The notes beneath the pieces are model-generated. The model did not search any database, had not been told where the DNA came from, and saw only the letters and a list, made by a program, of their open reading frames with translations. Below are positions 63,143 through 64,000 of a stretch of 64,000 nucleotides of DNA, one piece after another. The translations under genes were made by a program, and so were the position numbers. Source of the DNA: Alphaproteobacteria bacterium (GTDB lineage Bacteria; Pseudomonadota; Alphaproteobacteria; UBA2966); assembly GCA_964291395.2 (NCBI GenBank), contig OZ219856.1, positions 96,001 through 160,000 on the forward strand, written 5' to 3'. The stretch's first letter is position 1, and each line of letters opens with the position of its first letter.

Positions 63143-64000
63143 TGCGGGCTGCCTATCGAAGTCTGGCTTATCTGGCGACGCCAGTCTTGCGCCTGCTTCT
63201 CAAACGCCGCACGGCGAACGGCAAGGAGGACCCCGATCGTGTCCGAGAACGCACCGGCATCGCGAGCGTGGAGCGCCCGGACGGATCTCTCCTGTGGATT
63301 CACGGCGCAAGTGTCGGAGAACTCACGGCCGCGCTACCCCTCGTCCAGGAGCTGACGAATCGGCACCTTGCTGACGCTATGCTCGTCACGACAGGCACCG
63401 TGACGTCTGCCCGTCTCGCCGAGGAGCGCCTGCCGCCGTCGGCCATTCATCAGTTCATCCCCCTGGATCATCCAGGCTGGGTACGCGGTTTTTATGATCA
63501 CTGGCGCCCGAATCTTGCTCTGTGGCTGGAAAGCGAATTCTGGCCGAACCTTCTGTCGGAAGCACTGCGCCGTGAGATCAAGGTGATATTGCTGAACGCC
63601 CGTGTCACGGAGCGAAGCCTTCGAAGATGGCGGCTTTTTCCAGGTCTGAGCCGATCGGTGATGGCCGCTTTCGACCTCTGCCTTGCGGCCGACGGCGAAC
63701 AGGCGGATCGCCTCAAGCTGCTCGGCGCGTCGAACGTGCGCGTGACCGGCAATCTGAAAGACGCGTCGCCACCTCTGCCCCTCGACGAGCGGGAACAACG
63801 GGCGCTGCGCGCCGCGGTCAACGGCCGCAAGGTGTGGCTGGCCGCCAGCACACATCCTGGCGAGGAAGAGGCCGCGGCCCACGTACACGAAGAACTCCGC
63901 GAAGAGATCCCCGGCCTGTTGACGATCATCACACCCCGCCATCCGGAACGAGGGGGCGGAATCGTGCAGAAGCTCAACGCCCGGGGGCTTGCCTGCGCGC
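63142..64000 (+). CDS. waaA: Kdo transferase (partial, runs off window)
   Basis: Manual read: GKEDPDRVRER; WIHGASVGE; ESEFWPN; TGNLK; AASTHPGEE; PRHPER. Confidence 0.95.
   Translation, partial: MRAAYRSLAYLATPVLRLLLKRRTANGKEDPDRVRERTGIASVERPDGSLLWIHGASVGELTAALPLVQELTNRHLADAMLVTTGTVTSARLAEERLPPSAIHQFIPLDHPGWVRGFYDHWRPNLALWLESEFWPNLLSEALRREIKVILLNARVTERSLRRWRLFPGLSRSVMAAFDLCLAADGEQADRLKLLGASNVRVTGNLKDASPPLPLDEREQRALRAAVNGRKVWLAASTHPGEEEAAAHVHEELREEIPGLLTIITPRHPERGGGIVQKLNARGLACA

Overview
A GC-rich alphaproteobacterial chromosome segment (Rhodospirillales-like gene order, inferred) in two parts. The first ~23 kb is accessory DNA. It holds a Slam (TPR + DUF560-type barrel) surface-lipoprotein export locus with two TbpB-barrel-like lipoproteins. 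Downstream of slam lie short gene cassettes separated by codon-diverged copies of the last ~14 codons of slam. After that comes a dense mosaic of intact and broken type II toxin-antitoxin genes, 40-160 bp gene relics (porin C-terminus, HEPN, tyrosine recombinase), two candidate small RNAs and single-gene cargo (rhodanese, PEBP-like, AAA ATPase, RidA, phytochelatin synthase-like, MpaB-like oxygenase, VOC, LLM, PhyH). From ~23.5 to 64 kb is core genome: dsbA-smc, atpIBEF'F, glycine riboswitch-gcvH-gcvP (no gcvT), ispH-thrB-rnhA, prx/dsbD-like/yqgE, the aa3 cytochrome c oxidase cluster through thrC-M16-rimJ, tldD, gshA-rsmE and ubiA-ubiD-pmbA-cysQ-msbA-DUF374-waaA. Several single-base frameshifts may be sequencing errors. 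All family calls come from motif recognition by eye; no database search was run.
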